A stretch of 64,000 nucleotides of DNA from a virus (taxonomy: Duplodnaviria > Caudoviricetes), in IMG/VR virus record IMGVR_UViG_2597490201_000002, positions 1-64,000 of that record. One strand, given 5' to 3'. Positions 27,067 to 36,416 of this stretch are shown one piece after another. The notes beneath the pieces are model-generated. The model did not search any database. It had not been told where the DNA came from and was given only the letters and a program-made list of their open reading frames with translations. Position 1 is the stretch's first letter. Every line of letters begins with the position of its first letter. The position numbers and the translations under genes were made by a program.

Positions 27067-28460
27067 AGGATACCTGCCATAAGTGATAGGGCGCCCGCTG
27101 CTGCAATCAAGGCGAGACCGGTCATCAGGGTTCTTAGGTGGTGCGAACCGCGGGCAGCTTGAAGCGTCGTCAACGGCGCCAACACATCGTCCATCGACAT
27201 GGGCGCGCGCTCGCGTACTTCCGTCTCGGGGAGGGGGCTGAGGCCACGCGCCGCACGCTGGCGGTTCTGGAATTCCCAGATGTAGCGCGCTCCTTCGGTC
27301 ACCGACGGGTACTTGGCGCGGAAAGGCGAATTGGCTATGGCTTCATCGCGCTCAAGGTCGGATAGCGGCCCAAGCTGGCCACTCGGCTTGGCGACCTTGA
27401 TGCGCTCAACCGGCATCGGCACGCCGTCGTCCACAAGCGTGGACACCAGTGCTTCGCCGACGCCCATGGACAGCACGGCCTCTTCCACATTGATTGCCTT
27501 GTTCGGGCGGAACGCACGGGCCGCCGCCTTTACAAAACGCTGCTCCTTCGGCGTGTAGGCGCGCAGCGCGTGCTGGACGCGGTTACCGAGCTGGGCAAGG
27601 ACATTGTCCGGCACGTCGGCCGGCGACTGGGTGACGAAGTAGACGCCAACGCCGCGCGATCGCACCAGGCGAACAATGCGCTCGATGGACTCGAGCAGGT
27701 GCTTGGGCGCGTCCTTAAAGAGTAGATGGGCTTCGTCGAAGAAGAAGACGAGCTTGGGCTTATCGAGGTCACCGGCCTCCGGCAGCCGCCGGAACAATTC
27801 CGTCAGCAGCCAGAAGATGAGCGAGCCGTAGAGCTTCGGGGCTTCCATGAGGTCGTCGGCGTGTAGGAGGTTGACCACCCCCTTGCCATCGACCTCTCGA
27901 ATGAAGTCGGAAATCTTAAACGGCGGCTCGCCGAAGAGCCGCGCGCCGCCCTGTTGCTCAAGCGTGAGGATATTGCGCTGGATGGTGGCGATGGAGGACG
28001 CGGTGATGTTCCCGTAGACCTGGCACACGGTTTCGCGGTCGTCCTGCATGTCCTGCAATTGCCAGCGCAGATCGTCCAGCGACAGGAGGAAATCGGATTG
28101 ATCCTCGGCGCGCTTCAGCGCGATTGCCAGCGTTCCCGCCTGGGTATCGTTGAGGCTGAGCATTCGGGCGAGGAGAACCGGGCCCATCTCCTGCACGCTG
28201 GCGCGGATCGGGTGGCCTTTGCGGCCGAACACGTCCCAGAAGGTGACCGGGGCGGCCGTGGCGATGCCCGAGAGGTCGCCTTTAACGTCCGCTGCGAACA
28301 CCGGCACGCCGGCCGCCGAGAACTCCTCGGCCATGCGCTGCAGCGTCACCGTCTTGCCGGTGCCGGTGGCGCCAGTGATCAGGCCATGGCGGTTGGCGAA
28401 GCGGAGGGGAAGGGCGATAGACGTGGCGGCATCGGTCTTGCCGATCGAGATCGCAGTCAT
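27063..28460 (-). CDS. HerA/FtsK-family ATPase (DUF853/YjgR-like)
   Basis: ANRHGLITGATGTGKTVTLQ, ADVKGDLSG, FFDEAHLLF and GVGVYFVTQSP; C-terminal TM segment. Confidence 0.9.
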   Translation of the reverse strand: MTAISIGKTDAATSIALPLRFANRHGLITGATGTGKTVTLQRMAEEFSAAGVPVFAADVKGDLSGIATAAPVTFWDVFGRKGHPIRASVQEMGPVLLARMLSLNDTQAGTLAIALKRAEDQSDFLLSLDDLRWQLQDMQDDRETVCQVYGNITASSIATIQRNILTLEQQGGARLFGEPPFKISDFIREVDGKGVVNLLHADDLMEAPKLYGSLIFWLLTELFRRLPEAGDLDKPKLVFFFDEAHLLFKDAPKHLLESIERIVRLVRSRGVGVYFVTQSPADVPDNVLAQLGNRVQHALRAYTPKEQRFVKAAARAFRPNKAINVEEAVLSMGVGEALVSTLVDDGVPMPVERIKVAKPSGQLGPLSDLERDEAIANSPFRAKYPSVTEGARYIWEFQNRQRAARGLSPLPETEVRERAPMSMDDVLAPLTTLQAARGSHHLRTLMTGLALIAAAGALSLMAGIL

Positions 28461-28684
28461 AGCACACCTTCGTTGTCGAAAGGGTCGCAGCTCAAACGGT
28501 CGGCAAGGTCGCGAACCTGTGCTGAAGTCAGTGCGGGGTGTGCTCCGTTACTGGTTGCAAGGGCAGCCACCGGCCCGCTCAGACTAGATGCCTCAGCCAG
28601 AAGGGCTAGCCCTGCCAGCACGGCGCCCGCCTCGGCGTCAGTGAGGTGTCGGAACGGGTGATCCTCGCCATCGGTTTCAGCCAT
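28457..28684 (-). CDS. Hypothetical protein
   Basis: Coupled small ORF. Confidence 0.5.
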   Translation of the reverse strand: MAETDGEDHPFRHLTDAEAGAVLAGLALLAEASSLSGPVAALATSNGAHPALTSAQVRDLADRLSCDPFDNEGVL

Positions 28685-28934
28685 TGCTTTCCTCCTTCGC
28701 AAACTTCTGCGCCACCGCGCTTGCCATCGGCAGTGCGCCCGGCAGGGTGAAGAGCGCCAGGGTGACCGGCACCCAATTGGGGATGTCCTTTTCGTCTGCC
28801 AGCCAGCGCTCGGCCGTCTTAACGCCCGTGCCTGTTAGGCGGCAGAACTCGCGCAGCGTCAGCTTGTTCTGATTGAGCGCGGCCGAGAATTGCTCGGGGG
28901 TCATCCGGTTCGGTGCGCGTGGGTAGTCTGTCAA
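28677..28934 (-). CDS. Small XRE-like HTH protein
   Basis: MTPEQFSAALNQNKLTLREFCRLTGTGVKTAERW; AAGGAGG RBS before a TTG start. Confidence 0.7.
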   Translation of the reverse strand: MTDYPRAPNRMTPEQFSAALNQNKLTLREFCRLTGTGVKTAERWLADEKDIPNWVPVTLALFTLPGALPMASAVAQKFAKEESNG

Positions 28935-29002
28935 AGTGGCCCCTCCTTCGTGGTTGGCATAAGCGCCTGGGCTTGGTGGTCCGCGTATATTGCCACCGGG
29001 CA

Positions 29003-29287
29003 TTAGGAGCCGTAAATCGGCAAATCGGGTATCTGTTCGGCGTCGTGGTCGAACAGGATGTATTCGGCGCCGAGCGTGCGCGCTCGGTCGCACACCAGCA
29101 AAAGGTCGGGCGGGAAGTCCGAAGGGGCATAGTCGACCGGCACACGGCACCACCAGCCGTGATTGTGCTGGGCGACGTGCCAGTACGCGCCCCCGGCATC
29201 GAAGTTCAGTGCCGCCTGGTCGGAGAGCCATCTGTGAGTGGCGTTGCCGACATGAGTGCTGGAAAGATCGAGGAATTGGCGGATCAT
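29003..29287 (-). CDS. Conserved phage protein
   Basis: FLDLSSTHV...GWW...PPDL...AR..GAEYILFDHDA. Confidence 0.65.
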   Translation of the reverse strand: MIRQFLDLSSTHVGNATHRWLSDQAALNFDAGGAYWHVAQHNHGWWCRVPVDYAPSDFPPDLLLVCDRARTLGAEYILFDHDAEQIPDLPIYGS

Positions 29288-29721
29288 TGTGCGCCCTCCT
29301 GTAGGGCGGCGGTGGCCGTGTTTGCGCGGATCAGGGTTTCGGTCGATTGCTTTGCCGTCAGCCGGTTCCCAGCTATCTGCGCGTCCAGCTCTTCTCTCAG
29401 CCGTGCATTATCGGCGGAGAGAGAGGTGAGGAGGGCGGCAATACGGACGCCCTCGAACGACGAAAGGTGAATCTCACCATCGAACTCTTCGCCGTTGCGG
29501 CGGGCGAGCAATTTCACCATCTCCCCCACTTCCCCTTCCAGGGAGGGTTGAGCGGCAGAGATCAGTTCGCGGAACTTTACGCGCCACCAGAAAGCTCGCG
29601 CGGCCGGGGCATCGTCAGGCGCATCGCCAAACCAATGCCCGTTGGCGTCGGGGCCTTCCCCCATTAGCCATTTCAACGCGCTTTCTGGCACCAGCACCAT
29701 ATTGGCTACAGGCTTATCCAT
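29284..29721 (-). CDS. Hypothetical protein
   Basis: Coupled ORF in leftward operon 2. Confidence 0.55.
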   Translation of the reverse strand: MDKPVANMVLVPESALKWLMGEGPDANGHWFGDAPDDAPAARAFWWRVKFRELISAAQPSLEGEVGEMVKLLARRNGEEFDGEIHLSSFEGVRIAALLTSLSADNARLREELDAQIAGNRLTAKQSTETLIRANTATAALQEGAQ

Positions 29722-29971
29722 GGGTGGGCTCCCGTTCGGCTAAGGCAGCCCGCAAAGCGTCCGTGCTTAACCCTTCCATGAGGTTCCAGATTATGGCGAT
29801 GCGCTCGGCTGCCTGATGCATCTCCTCATGAGAGAGCTTGTAGGAATAGGCTACAGTTGCCAGTCCCTCGCCGGAAGCGAAGCGCACCGACCGGTGGCCG
29901 TCCCACACTGCTTTCTGGATGTGCATAGGGTTGTTGTGCCCGAAGAGTGGTTCGGTGTTTTCCGTGGCCAT
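29714..29971 (-). CDS. Hypothetical protein
   Basis: Coupled ORF. Confidence 0.5.
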   Translation of the reverse strand: MATENTEPLFGHNNPMHIQKAVWDGHRSVRFASGEGLATVAYSYKLSHEEMHQAAERIAIIWNLMEGLSTDALRAALAEREPTHG

Positions 29972-30603
29972 TACACGCCCTCCTGTGAGAGGGCGGCGAT
30001 GAGGATTTCCCGCATGGCCGCGCTGTTTGTCAGAGTGTTGAGGTCTTTGCCTCTTTTTCGCGCAAGCGCTCGCTCCACCATCTCCTCCGTCACCTTCCCC
30101 TCACAGACTGAAGGGGAGGGGAAAAGGGGATCAAGGGCGGACAGTTTGCCGTAGTATGGGCTGGCGGGGTGTTCAACATCTGGACGCTTGAGGCCAAGAC
30201 ACCAATCTCCGGTCGGCCCCCATTTCCAGCGCCACGCCACCGGTTCTTGTTCCTGCTCGATGGTGGAGAGAATGCGGTCGTCGTGATAATCTTGGGCAAG
30301 AGACTGCGCGGACTTCTCAGTGTCCCCATAAATTTGAAGCGCTGTGCCATTGAGGCGAACCGACCATTTAGGGGCCGGAGCCTCATAGTGATGGAGGGAA
30401 AACAAGCCCAAAATGCTTGAGGCTTCACCTTGTTCCCACTCCAGCCCCTTCACCTTCACCACACCCCGAGGGATAGCGCGGAGGGATTGGAGTTCGGTGA
30501 GGACGGCGGAAATGTCGCTGGATGGCAGGCTGACATAGAGGCCGTCTGCCGGCGTTCCTACCATATGCTGAAGTTCGCCCAGCCGTTCATCCGATATCGT
30601 CAT
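29971..30603 (-). CDS. Hypothetical (Ea/Eaa-like mosaic) protein
   Basis: VKVKGLEW, AQSLAQDYHDDRILSTIE, EPVAWR and VTEEMVERA modules typical of lambdoid accessory genes. Confidence 0.55.
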   Translation of the reverse strand: MTISDERLGELQHMVGTPADGLYVSLPSSDISAVLTELQSLRAIPRGVVKVKGLEWEQGEASSILGLFSLHHYEAPAPKWSVRLNGTALQIYGDTEKSAQSLAQDYHDDRILSTIEQEQEPVAWRWKWGPTGDWCLGLKRPDVEHPASPYYGKLSALDPLFPSPSVCEGKVTEEMVERALARKRGKDLNTLTNSAAMREILIAALSQEGV

Positions 30604-30971
30604 TTGGAGGACTCCTGAAGGGAGAGGAGAAGGGCGAGGCAGAGGGCGAGGGGCCAAGTGTCATGGTCTGCTGTCGCGGCCGGACCAGAAATGGCGACAA
30701 TCTGAGCGCGCACCGATCCATCGTCTGGGTTGTCAAAGACCCGCTTCATGCACCCCGGAAGCTTCTTCTCGATCAAGGCAGTGATGGCGTCGATGGCGGC
30801 GGTAAAGTGAGGCGGAGCAGTCGTGCCCTCGATGTCGCGGAGAGCATATTCGATGTCCACGGTGCCCCATTCTCCTGCCTGGGCGACGAGTGCAAGGATC
30901 AGCAGGTCAATGGTTCGATCCGGTCCCTCTGCCTTCCTCACTCTCTCGAAAAGGTCTGATAGGTCTGTCAT
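30600..30971 (-). CDS. Conserved phage protein
   Basis: AEGPDRTIDL...PHFTAAIDAITALIE..LPG...TWPLALCLALL. Confidence 0.6.
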   Translation of the reverse strand: MTDLSDLFERVRKAEGPDRTIDLLILALVAQAGEWGTVDIEYALRDIEGTTAPPHFTAAIDAITALIEKKLPGCMKRVFDNPDDGSVRAQIVAISGPAATADHDTWPLALCLALLLSLQESSK

Positions 30972-31369
30972 TGCTGGGGAGCCTCCACGATTTGGCCGGT
31001 GGCGCGGTCAACCCAAACGCCTCGAGCTCGGGAATACTTGATGCGGGCGCCGGGCAGTGTGCCGGGCTGGGAAATGCCGAGATGGCGCGTTGCGACCCGC
31101 TTGCCCTTGGCCTGCATCGGCACGTCATAGGTCGCGGTCTTATGGCCATGGCATTTGGTGCAGCAGGCAACGGCATTTTCGAGGACATCGCTGCCTTCGT
31201 CCGTCGCTGGAATTGGATAGTGGTCTATCTCGACGCGCTTGCCCGCCAGAGCGGCATTGCAGCGCTGACCGGGCGGAAGGCCATAGACCTCGCCAACGGC
31301 CTCGCAGTGTCCACCGGAGCGCTCGTGCGCCTGCCGTTTGACCTTGGCGGAGAAGTTATGCCGGGGCAT
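30968..31369 (-). CDS. HNH endonuclease
   Basis: RHNFSAKVKRQA..RSGGHCE...EIDH...LENAVACCTKCHGHKT. Confidence 0.8.
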   Translation of the reverse strand: MPRHNFSAKVKRQAHERSGGHCEAVGEVYGLPPGQRCNAALAGKRVEIDHYPIPATDEGSDVLENAVACCTKCHGHKTATYDVPMQAKGKRVATRHLGISQPGTLPGARIKYSRARGVWVDRATGQIVEAPQQ

Positions 31370-32063
31370 CGATGTTCCCCTGGTGGACGGTGAAGGTGTA
31401 AGCGGCAACCCATGGGTTGGCTTCCCATGCTCCTTCGCCGTTGATGTGGTCCCAAAGGTCTGCATACCAATCGCGGGCGTTGTCCCAGCCGCGATATCCG
31501 ATGCCGCTGGGGTCCGCTTCCTCGGCAGGGAAGAAACCGCCCACGTCATCTGGCTCGCCCTTTGCGCAGCCTTCGGCCCACGCATCTTGCTCGCTGACGC
31601 TCTGCAGCCGCTCGACCCGCACATCGGTGACGGTGAGCGTCAGGCGCGAGGCCCATCTGGGCATATGTATCGAAGGGCGCCACAATGGCCGGCCGGATCG
31701 GTCAAAGCCTTCGCGGAAGAGCGCGGCCGAATAATCGTCGGTCGGATGCTCCATTTGGGCGATCGTTCCAACACCGATGCTGCCGCGGTAGGCGGTGCGG
31801 GGAAGGATTGCATGTGCCTCGCGGACCCAAAGCCGATCACCGACGGCGCATTTCAGCTTCTGCGCAGTGATCACTCGACCATGATGGATGCGGGGCAGGG
31901 CATCGCCTTCGACATGGATCACGCCGACCTCGCAGAGCGTCCCCTTGTCATCGATGGGGAATTGCTCCGGCTGAGGCTTCAGGATGCGCCGCGTCTGCGT
32001 TTTCGTCCCTGCCAGCAGCGCGCGGACCATCGGGCCTGAGAACAGCATCGGACGGTCAGCCAT
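31356..32063 (-). CDS. ASCH/PUA-like phage protein, copy 2
   Basis: Same motifs as 5153..5875. Confidence 0.7.
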   Translation of the reverse strand: MADRPMLFSGPMVRALLAGTKTQTRRILKPQPEQFPIDDKGTLCEVGVIHVEGDALPRIHHGRVITAQKLKCAVGDRLWVREAHAILPRTAYRGSIGVGTIAQMEHPTDDYSAALFREGFDRSGRPLWRPSIHMPRWASRLTLTVTDVRVERLQSVSEQDAWAEGCAKGEPDDVGGFFPAEEADPSGIGYRGWDNARDWYADLWDHINGEGAWEANPWVAAYTFTVHQGNIDAPA

Positions 32064-32274
32064 TTGCTTCCTCCTGCCCTTGAGACGTGAGGGTAAAGCG
32101 AGGGCCGTCGTCGGTGTCCTCGATCGTGAGGAAGCCGTCCTTCGCCATACGCTTGAGCGACTTGTGGCCGTCCCTTGGAATGCGGGCGGTGGTATCGGAG
32201 CCTGGGCAGAATGATCCGCCGGCTTCAGAGACGAAGCGCAATAGCTGGCGCTCTTGGTCGGCCAGTTTACGCAT
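32056..32274 (-). CDS. Small winged-helix-like protein
   Basis: SLKRMAKDGFLTIE....RFTLTSQGQE. Confidence 0.55.
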   Translation of the reverse strand: MRKLADQERQLLRFVSEAGGSFCPGSDTTARIPRDGHKSLKRMAKDGFLTIEDTDDGPRFTLTSQGQEEANG

Positions 32275-32872
32275 TGGCGGTCAACTCCCAGTAGCGCGTC
32301 AGAAATCGCTCTGCCGCCTCGTCTGGACCCCAAGGGATGATCTTGAAATCGTAGGGCTCCGCGCCCTTGACCCAATCCCATTCCTCGCCGCCCCAGCGCA
32401 TCAAGTCGCGGCGCTCGGTGGCCAGCATGCGAAGGTCAATGAGCTTCAGTTCCGTCGGATCGGTGAACACGATACCGAAGCGGGCGGCGTTTGCGGCCTC
32501 GCAGCGCTTCTCGATGGTCTTATATTCCGGGCACAGCGACTTGAGCGGCCCAGTCATGTCTCCGCAAACCGGCTCCCCGGTCTCGTGCATCAGGAACTGC
32601 AGCGCCAGGTCCGGTCGGCCACTTGCTTCGGCCGCCCAGCTTCCCCGGACACAATGCTCGGCGACGACATACATCACACGTCGGTTGAGATGCGGGCTAA
32701 ATGTCTGCCCCGCAAAGCGCGCGGTATAGGCCAAGCCATAGGCAATGTCCTCAATGGTGATCTGCGAGCTTTCTGGATCCTCGAAGTCGTAATAGGTGCC
32801 CGACCCGAGAAGGATCGTCGGCCCCTTGATGCGGCGGATAGATGCCGCCTTCATCTGCTCGATGTCGGTCAT
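32267..32872 (-). CDS. HD-domain nucleotidase, copy 2
   Basis: Same length (201 aa) as, and largely identical to, 1716..2321. Confidence 0.8.
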   Translation of the reverse strand: MTDIEQMKAASIRRIKGPTILLGSGTYYDFEDPESSQITIEDIAYGLAYTARFAGQTFSPHLNRRVMYVVAEHCVRGSWAAEASGRPDLALQFLMHETGEPVCGDMTGPLKSLCPEYKTIEKRCEAANAARFGIVFTDPTELKLIDLRMLATERRDLMRWGGEEWDWVKGAEPYDFKIIPWGPDEAAERFLTRYWELTANA

Positions 32873-33008
32873 GCTGCTTCCTTCCGATCAGCCCCAGCAG
32901 AAGGCGTGGGAGGTTGAATAGGGACAAGACGCTGAGTGAACATGTCGAAGGCTTTTCCGACAGGGAGATCGAACAGAGGGCGACCAGAGCCAATGGGGTA
33001 GGTGGCTT

Positions 33009-33911
33009 TCATGGCTTCACCTGCGGAAAGCCATTGTGTTCGACACCATCGAGGCGGCGGCCGGCGGCCTTCTTCCCCACCCGGTTCATCGTGTTGGGTT
33101 CCGAAGCCTGAACTGGAGACATTGTTCCAGTCCAGTCACCGTCCTCTGTTAGCCGGCGCTCTTCTGACGACCAAGCGGAGGGCACCTGTGAGGATGGCGC
33201 CCATTCGCCCCATTGCTTGAACAGGAACGGCACGCCGGCGGCTGCGCACTGGTCGCGGAGGCTGCGGAACCAGTCGGGATGCGATGGGCGTGCCTGCGGG
33301 CCGCTTTCGCCGCCAGCAATCACCCAATCAATTCCCATGCCCCAGTTCATCAGCCCTTCAAGCGTGTTCGGCTTTGTCATCTCGACAGGGCCAAGCATCG
33401 GCTCAATCGAAAGGAACCGAACGGCACTATCGTGCTGGGTAAGGTGCTTAATGTTGTAGTCAGCTCGCTGCTGGTCCTCGACTGTCGTGCCAAGCCAGAC
33501 CGAAGACTTTATGTCGTCCCAAAAGCTGGGAAGCATCTTGCCGATGTTCTGCGGACGCTTAGTGAGCAGCAGCCAGTCGAGCGCCGGCGTTCCGCGGATA
33601 AGCGCCCAAAGGTCATCACGCCACTCGGTAGGCACCTGATTATCGAACACATCGGCGAGGCTGGAGCAGAACACGCGCTGGCGCCGACCGTGCTCGGCAA
33701 AGAACGCCTCAGCCTGCTTTTGCCAGCGGCGCGGCTGCTGCCAATTGCTTTCGCTGGTCCGCGAACGATCGCCGCCCCACTTCACACGATGGTGGCGCGT
33801 ATCCATCAGCGCCTCGGCATAGCAATGGTCGCAAGCCGGGCTAATCTTGGTGCAGCCGATCCACGGGTTGAACGTGGAATCCGTCCATTCGATAGCGCTG
33901 GTTTCAGCCAT
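33009..33911 (-). CDS. DUF5131 (phage Gp37/Gp68-like) protein
   Basis: IEWTDSTFNPWIGCTKISPACDHCYA, LLLTKRP, DWVIAGGESG and PFLFKQWGEW. Confidence 0.85.
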   Translation of the reverse strand: MAETSAIEWTDSTFNPWIGCTKISPACDHCYAEALMDTRHHRVKWGGDRSRTSESNWQQPRRWQKQAEAFFAEHGRRQRVFCSSLADVFDNQVPTEWRDDLWALIRGTPALDWLLLTKRPQNIGKMLPSFWDDIKSSVWLGTTVEDQQRADYNIKHLTQHDSAVRFLSIEPMLGPVEMTKPNTLEGLMNWGMGIDWVIAGGESGPQARPSHPDWFRSLRDQCAAAGVPFLFKQWGEWAPSSQVPSAWSSEERRLTEDGDWTGTMSPVQASEPNTMNRVGKKAAGRRLDGVEHNGFPQVKP

Positions 33912-34089
33912 TTGCCTTCACCTCCGGAACAAACCGATAGTGGGTAACGAAGCCCAAGAAGCCGTCTTGCCTGGTTTCAAGGGTGAAGCCAGGAGGAGGT
34001 TGGGGCGGATCGACGTACATGCCGCAAAAGATCCATCCGGGGCGGTTCACAAGGAAATCGACGAGCCTTAGGACGGGATGGGTGCTCAT
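33904..34089 (-). CDS. Hypothetical protein
   Basis: Coupled small ORF. Confidence 0.45.
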   Translation of the reverse strand: MSTHPVLRLVDFLVNRPGWIFCGMYVDPPQPPPGFTLETRQDGFLGFVTHYRFVPEVKANG

Positions 34090-34286
34090 TCGTCCGCCCC
34101 ATACTGTTCGTCATCGGCGGGGTCGTAATCCCAGCAGGAGCAGCCACGGAAGGCATCGCACCCGCAATCGAGAACATCAGGATCATCGACGACGTCATAG
34201 ACAGGCTGGGGATGCTCGCGCTCGTATTGGAGCGCGCAGCGCTCACAGCCGCACATGTCGGAGTGCTGGATATATCGCTTGCCCAT
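34086..34286 (-). CDS. Small Cys-rich protein
   Basis: HSDMCGCERC...DCGC...GCSC. Confidence 0.5.
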   Translation of the reverse strand: MGKRYIQHSDMCGCERCALQYEREHPQPVYDVVDDPDVLDCGCDAFRGCSCWDYDPADDEQYGADE

Positions 34287-34429
34287 CAGAAGGCCTCCCA
34301 GATGGGATAGCCATGGCGAAGCCAGAAAGCACAAGCCAACAGGCCATAGAAGAACGCCAGCATCGCCAAGCCTGTAATCACGGCCAGAGCGTCATGGGCG
34401 AGGGACTGGGGCTTGGCTGCGGCGTTCAT
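34286..34429 (-). CDS. Small membrane protein
   Basis: Read manually: MNAAAKPQSLAHDALAVITGLAMLAFFYGLLACAFWLRHGYPIWEAF. Overlap coupling with neighbours. Confidence 0.45.
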   Translation of the reverse strand: MNAAAKPQSLAHDALAVITGLAMLAFFYGLLACAFWLRHGYPIWEAF

Positions 34430-34698
34430 GCTGCACCAGCCTGAGCTGCCTTCGCCTCTTTGAAGGCGGCAGACGTGAGCGCGTCGTATGCATCGATCGC
34501 TTTTTGTGCGACGGACTGCATCAGTCGGGCATCAAGGGGCCCATCAAGGATTTCGCCCAAGGCCTCCCGGAAGAGCTCTTCAGCCTCGCAGCTGTCGCCC
34601 ACCGAGATCGTCTGCACCTTTCCGAATGGCGTCACCACATCGAACGGATTGCCATCGATCTTTGATGGGTGGCCTTCGAAAACTACGGTCGTAGCCAT
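34426..34698 (-). CDS. Hypothetical protein
   Basis: Start MATTVV with a GGAGGG RBS. Confidence 0.5.
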   Translation of the reverse strand: MATTVVFEGHPSKIDGNPFDVVTPFGKVQTISVGDSCEAEELFREALGEILDGPLDARLMQSVAQKAIDAYDALTSAAFKEAKAAQAGAA

Positions 34699-34699
34699 C

Positions 34700-34984
34700 T
34701 CATCCCTCCAGATTGTCATGGTTGAGGTCGGTATCGCCTTCGACGGCTTTACGGGCTTCGCGATCATCGTTGCGATCAAGAGCGGCATTGCCCTCACGGA
34801 TAGCCGCGAAGAACTCTTCTGCTTTGCCGGATTCGAGGGCCGCGCAAGCAGCATCCATCTTGGCGTTGAACCTGGCCTGCTGCTCAGCAGTCAAAGGAGG
34901 AGCAACCCGCTTCTTCCTGCTTCCATAGAGCGTGTAGCCGGGGCGATTGCCGCTGCGGGTGCGAAGTCCAGGAGTGCCGGCCAT
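34700..34984 (-). CDS. Hypothetical protein
   Basis: Coupled ORF. Confidence 0.5.
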   Translation of the reverse strand: MAGTPGLRTRSGNRPGYTLYGSRKKRVAPPLTAEQQARFNAKMDAACAALESGKAEEFFAAIREGNAALDRNDDREARKAVEGDTDLNHDNLEG

Positions 34985-35670
34985 CAGTAGTCACCCACGC
35001 TGGTGACCACATCGTCCTCATCGAGGATGATCTTGGTTCCGCATGCGAAATACGCCCGAAGCTTCTGACCAAGCCCGTAGGTGCGGCCGATATGCTTGGT
35101 GCTCTTGAGATCGCGGTTATCGATGGTGCCGCCACTGATCGTGCCGTCCTTGCTGATCAGGATGCGGTGTTGGCACTGGTATTCGGCCCGCGCGCCTTCG
35201 TGATGAGTTTCTTCATCAAGCGAAAGCCAGGTCGAACCATATTCGTTTTGCTCGACAATAACCGTGATGACCGACCCGTAGCTTCCGTCATCGCGATGAG
35301 GCTTCAGCATCTCCTCGGCAATTTCTGAGAGCTTGATCTCCTTTGGCGCGAGCTTCAGAAGCTCTGTGACGTCCTCGGCAAGTCGTCCTGCCACAAGCTC
35401 GCTGACATTGGCCTCAATCTGCGCCTTGACCATGTGAGCCACGACGGTGCCGTACGAGGGAAGATCGAGCCGCTCCACTCGCAGGGCCTCTTCAACCGCC
35501 TTCTCGATCAGCTTGGCAGTTTCGGAATAGCCGCGTAGCGCCCGGTCGACGGCTTCGACCACGAGTTTGGAAACTCGCGTCTCAACTTCCTTCTCAACGA
35601 AGGACGCATCGAGCTGCTTGGCAACGGTGGCGCTGATGATGTCGCCCAAATTCAAGTCGTTCGTGGTCAT
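34984..35670 (-). CDS. Conserved phage protein
   Basis: 228-aa ORF with protein-like composition. Confidence 0.65.
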   Translation of the reverse strand: MTTNDLNLGDIISATVAKQLDASFVEKEVETRVSKLVVEAVDRALRGYSETAKLIEKAVEEALRVERLDLPSYGTVVAHMVKAQIEANVSELVAGRLAEDVTELLKLAPKEIKLSEIAEEMLKPHRDDGSYGSVITVIVEQNEYGSTWLSLDEETHHEGARAEYQCQHRILISKDGTISGGTIDNRDLKSTKHIGRTYGLGQKLRAYFACGTKIILDEDDVVTSVGDY

Positions 35671-35730
35671 TGAAATAAATCGGCGGGTGCATTGTCCTCA
35701 TCCCGCCGTCCCTAAGGTTGGGGAAGGGGG

Positions 35731-36000
35731 TTAGGCGGGGATGCGATAGCGCTCGCGGCTGGCTGCCATGGTGACATAGCCCTGCGCGCTCGTGCCGCGC
35801 TCCCAATGCTCATGCGCCTCGTCGATCGAGTAACCATCACCCTTGCCGTCAGGGTCGTTTCCATCCAGGGAGTGGCCGAACAGGCGCTCGCACTCGTCGG
35901 CGAACTTCAGCCACGACCGCTCGGAGCGATCAGGGGCACCGCTCTCGCTCGCGACATTCTCGGCACTGAACGGGTGGTCAGCCAAATCCTGCATTTCCAT
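35731..36000 (-). CDS. Hypothetical protein, first gene of leftward operon 2
   Basis: ATG downstream of the operator pair. Confidence 0.55.
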   Translation of the reverse strand: MEMQDLADHPFSAENVASESGAPDRSERSWLKFADECERLFGHSLDGNDPDGKGDGYSIDEAHEHWERGTSAQGYVTMAASRERYRIPA

Positions 36001-36047
36001 CTCCCTAGAGGCGCTCGCCTCGGTGATCTGATGGGTAGAAGTATGAT

Positions 36048-36093
36048 GCGGCACTTGTGCCGCGTCAACAGGAAAATGCGGCACGTGTGCCGT
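36048..36093. promoter_or_regulatory. OL-like operators of repressor 2 (GCGGCA-N4-TGCCGC x2)
   Basis: 36048-36063 gcggcacttgtgccgc and 36078-36093 gcggcacgtgtgccgt. Confidence 0.8.
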
Positions 36094-36158
36094 ATCTGAA
36101 AATTCTCTTAAAATTCCGACTCGACTCGCCGCCTGCTCTGCGCAATCAATACAAACCA

Positions 36159-36173
36159 GAACATAACAGGAAC
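36159..36173 (+). promoter_or_regulatory. Alphaproteobacterial LexA box
   Basis: GAAC-ataacag-GAAC, 6 nt upstream of the ATG at 36180. Confidence 0.75.
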
Positions 36174-36179
36174 AAAACG

Positions 36180-36416
36180 ATGTTTGAAGGAACGCGTCCG
36201 GCCCGCATTTTCGTCCTCCATTGCCTCTGCGCCAACTGTCAGCGGCCCACGACAAGGCGCGTCCAGATCCCGCGGATGGAAGGGGCGCCGACGACAGTGG
36301 ACGAATTCATTGAGGGGCTAGAGCACAACCCGGTGCCCTTTGCCTGCGGGCATTGCGAGAGCCTGATCGGTGAGCTGGTGGGGGTGACTATAGAGAACGA
36401 CCATGTCGCAGCATGA
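36180..36416 (+). CDS. Small zinc-ribbon protein (SOS-boxed operon gene 1)
   Basis: CANC...CGHC. Confidence 0.65.
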   Translation: MFEGTRPARIFVLHCLCANCQRPTTRRVQIPRMEGAPTTVDEFIEGLEHNPVPFACGHCESLIGELVGVTIENDHVAA

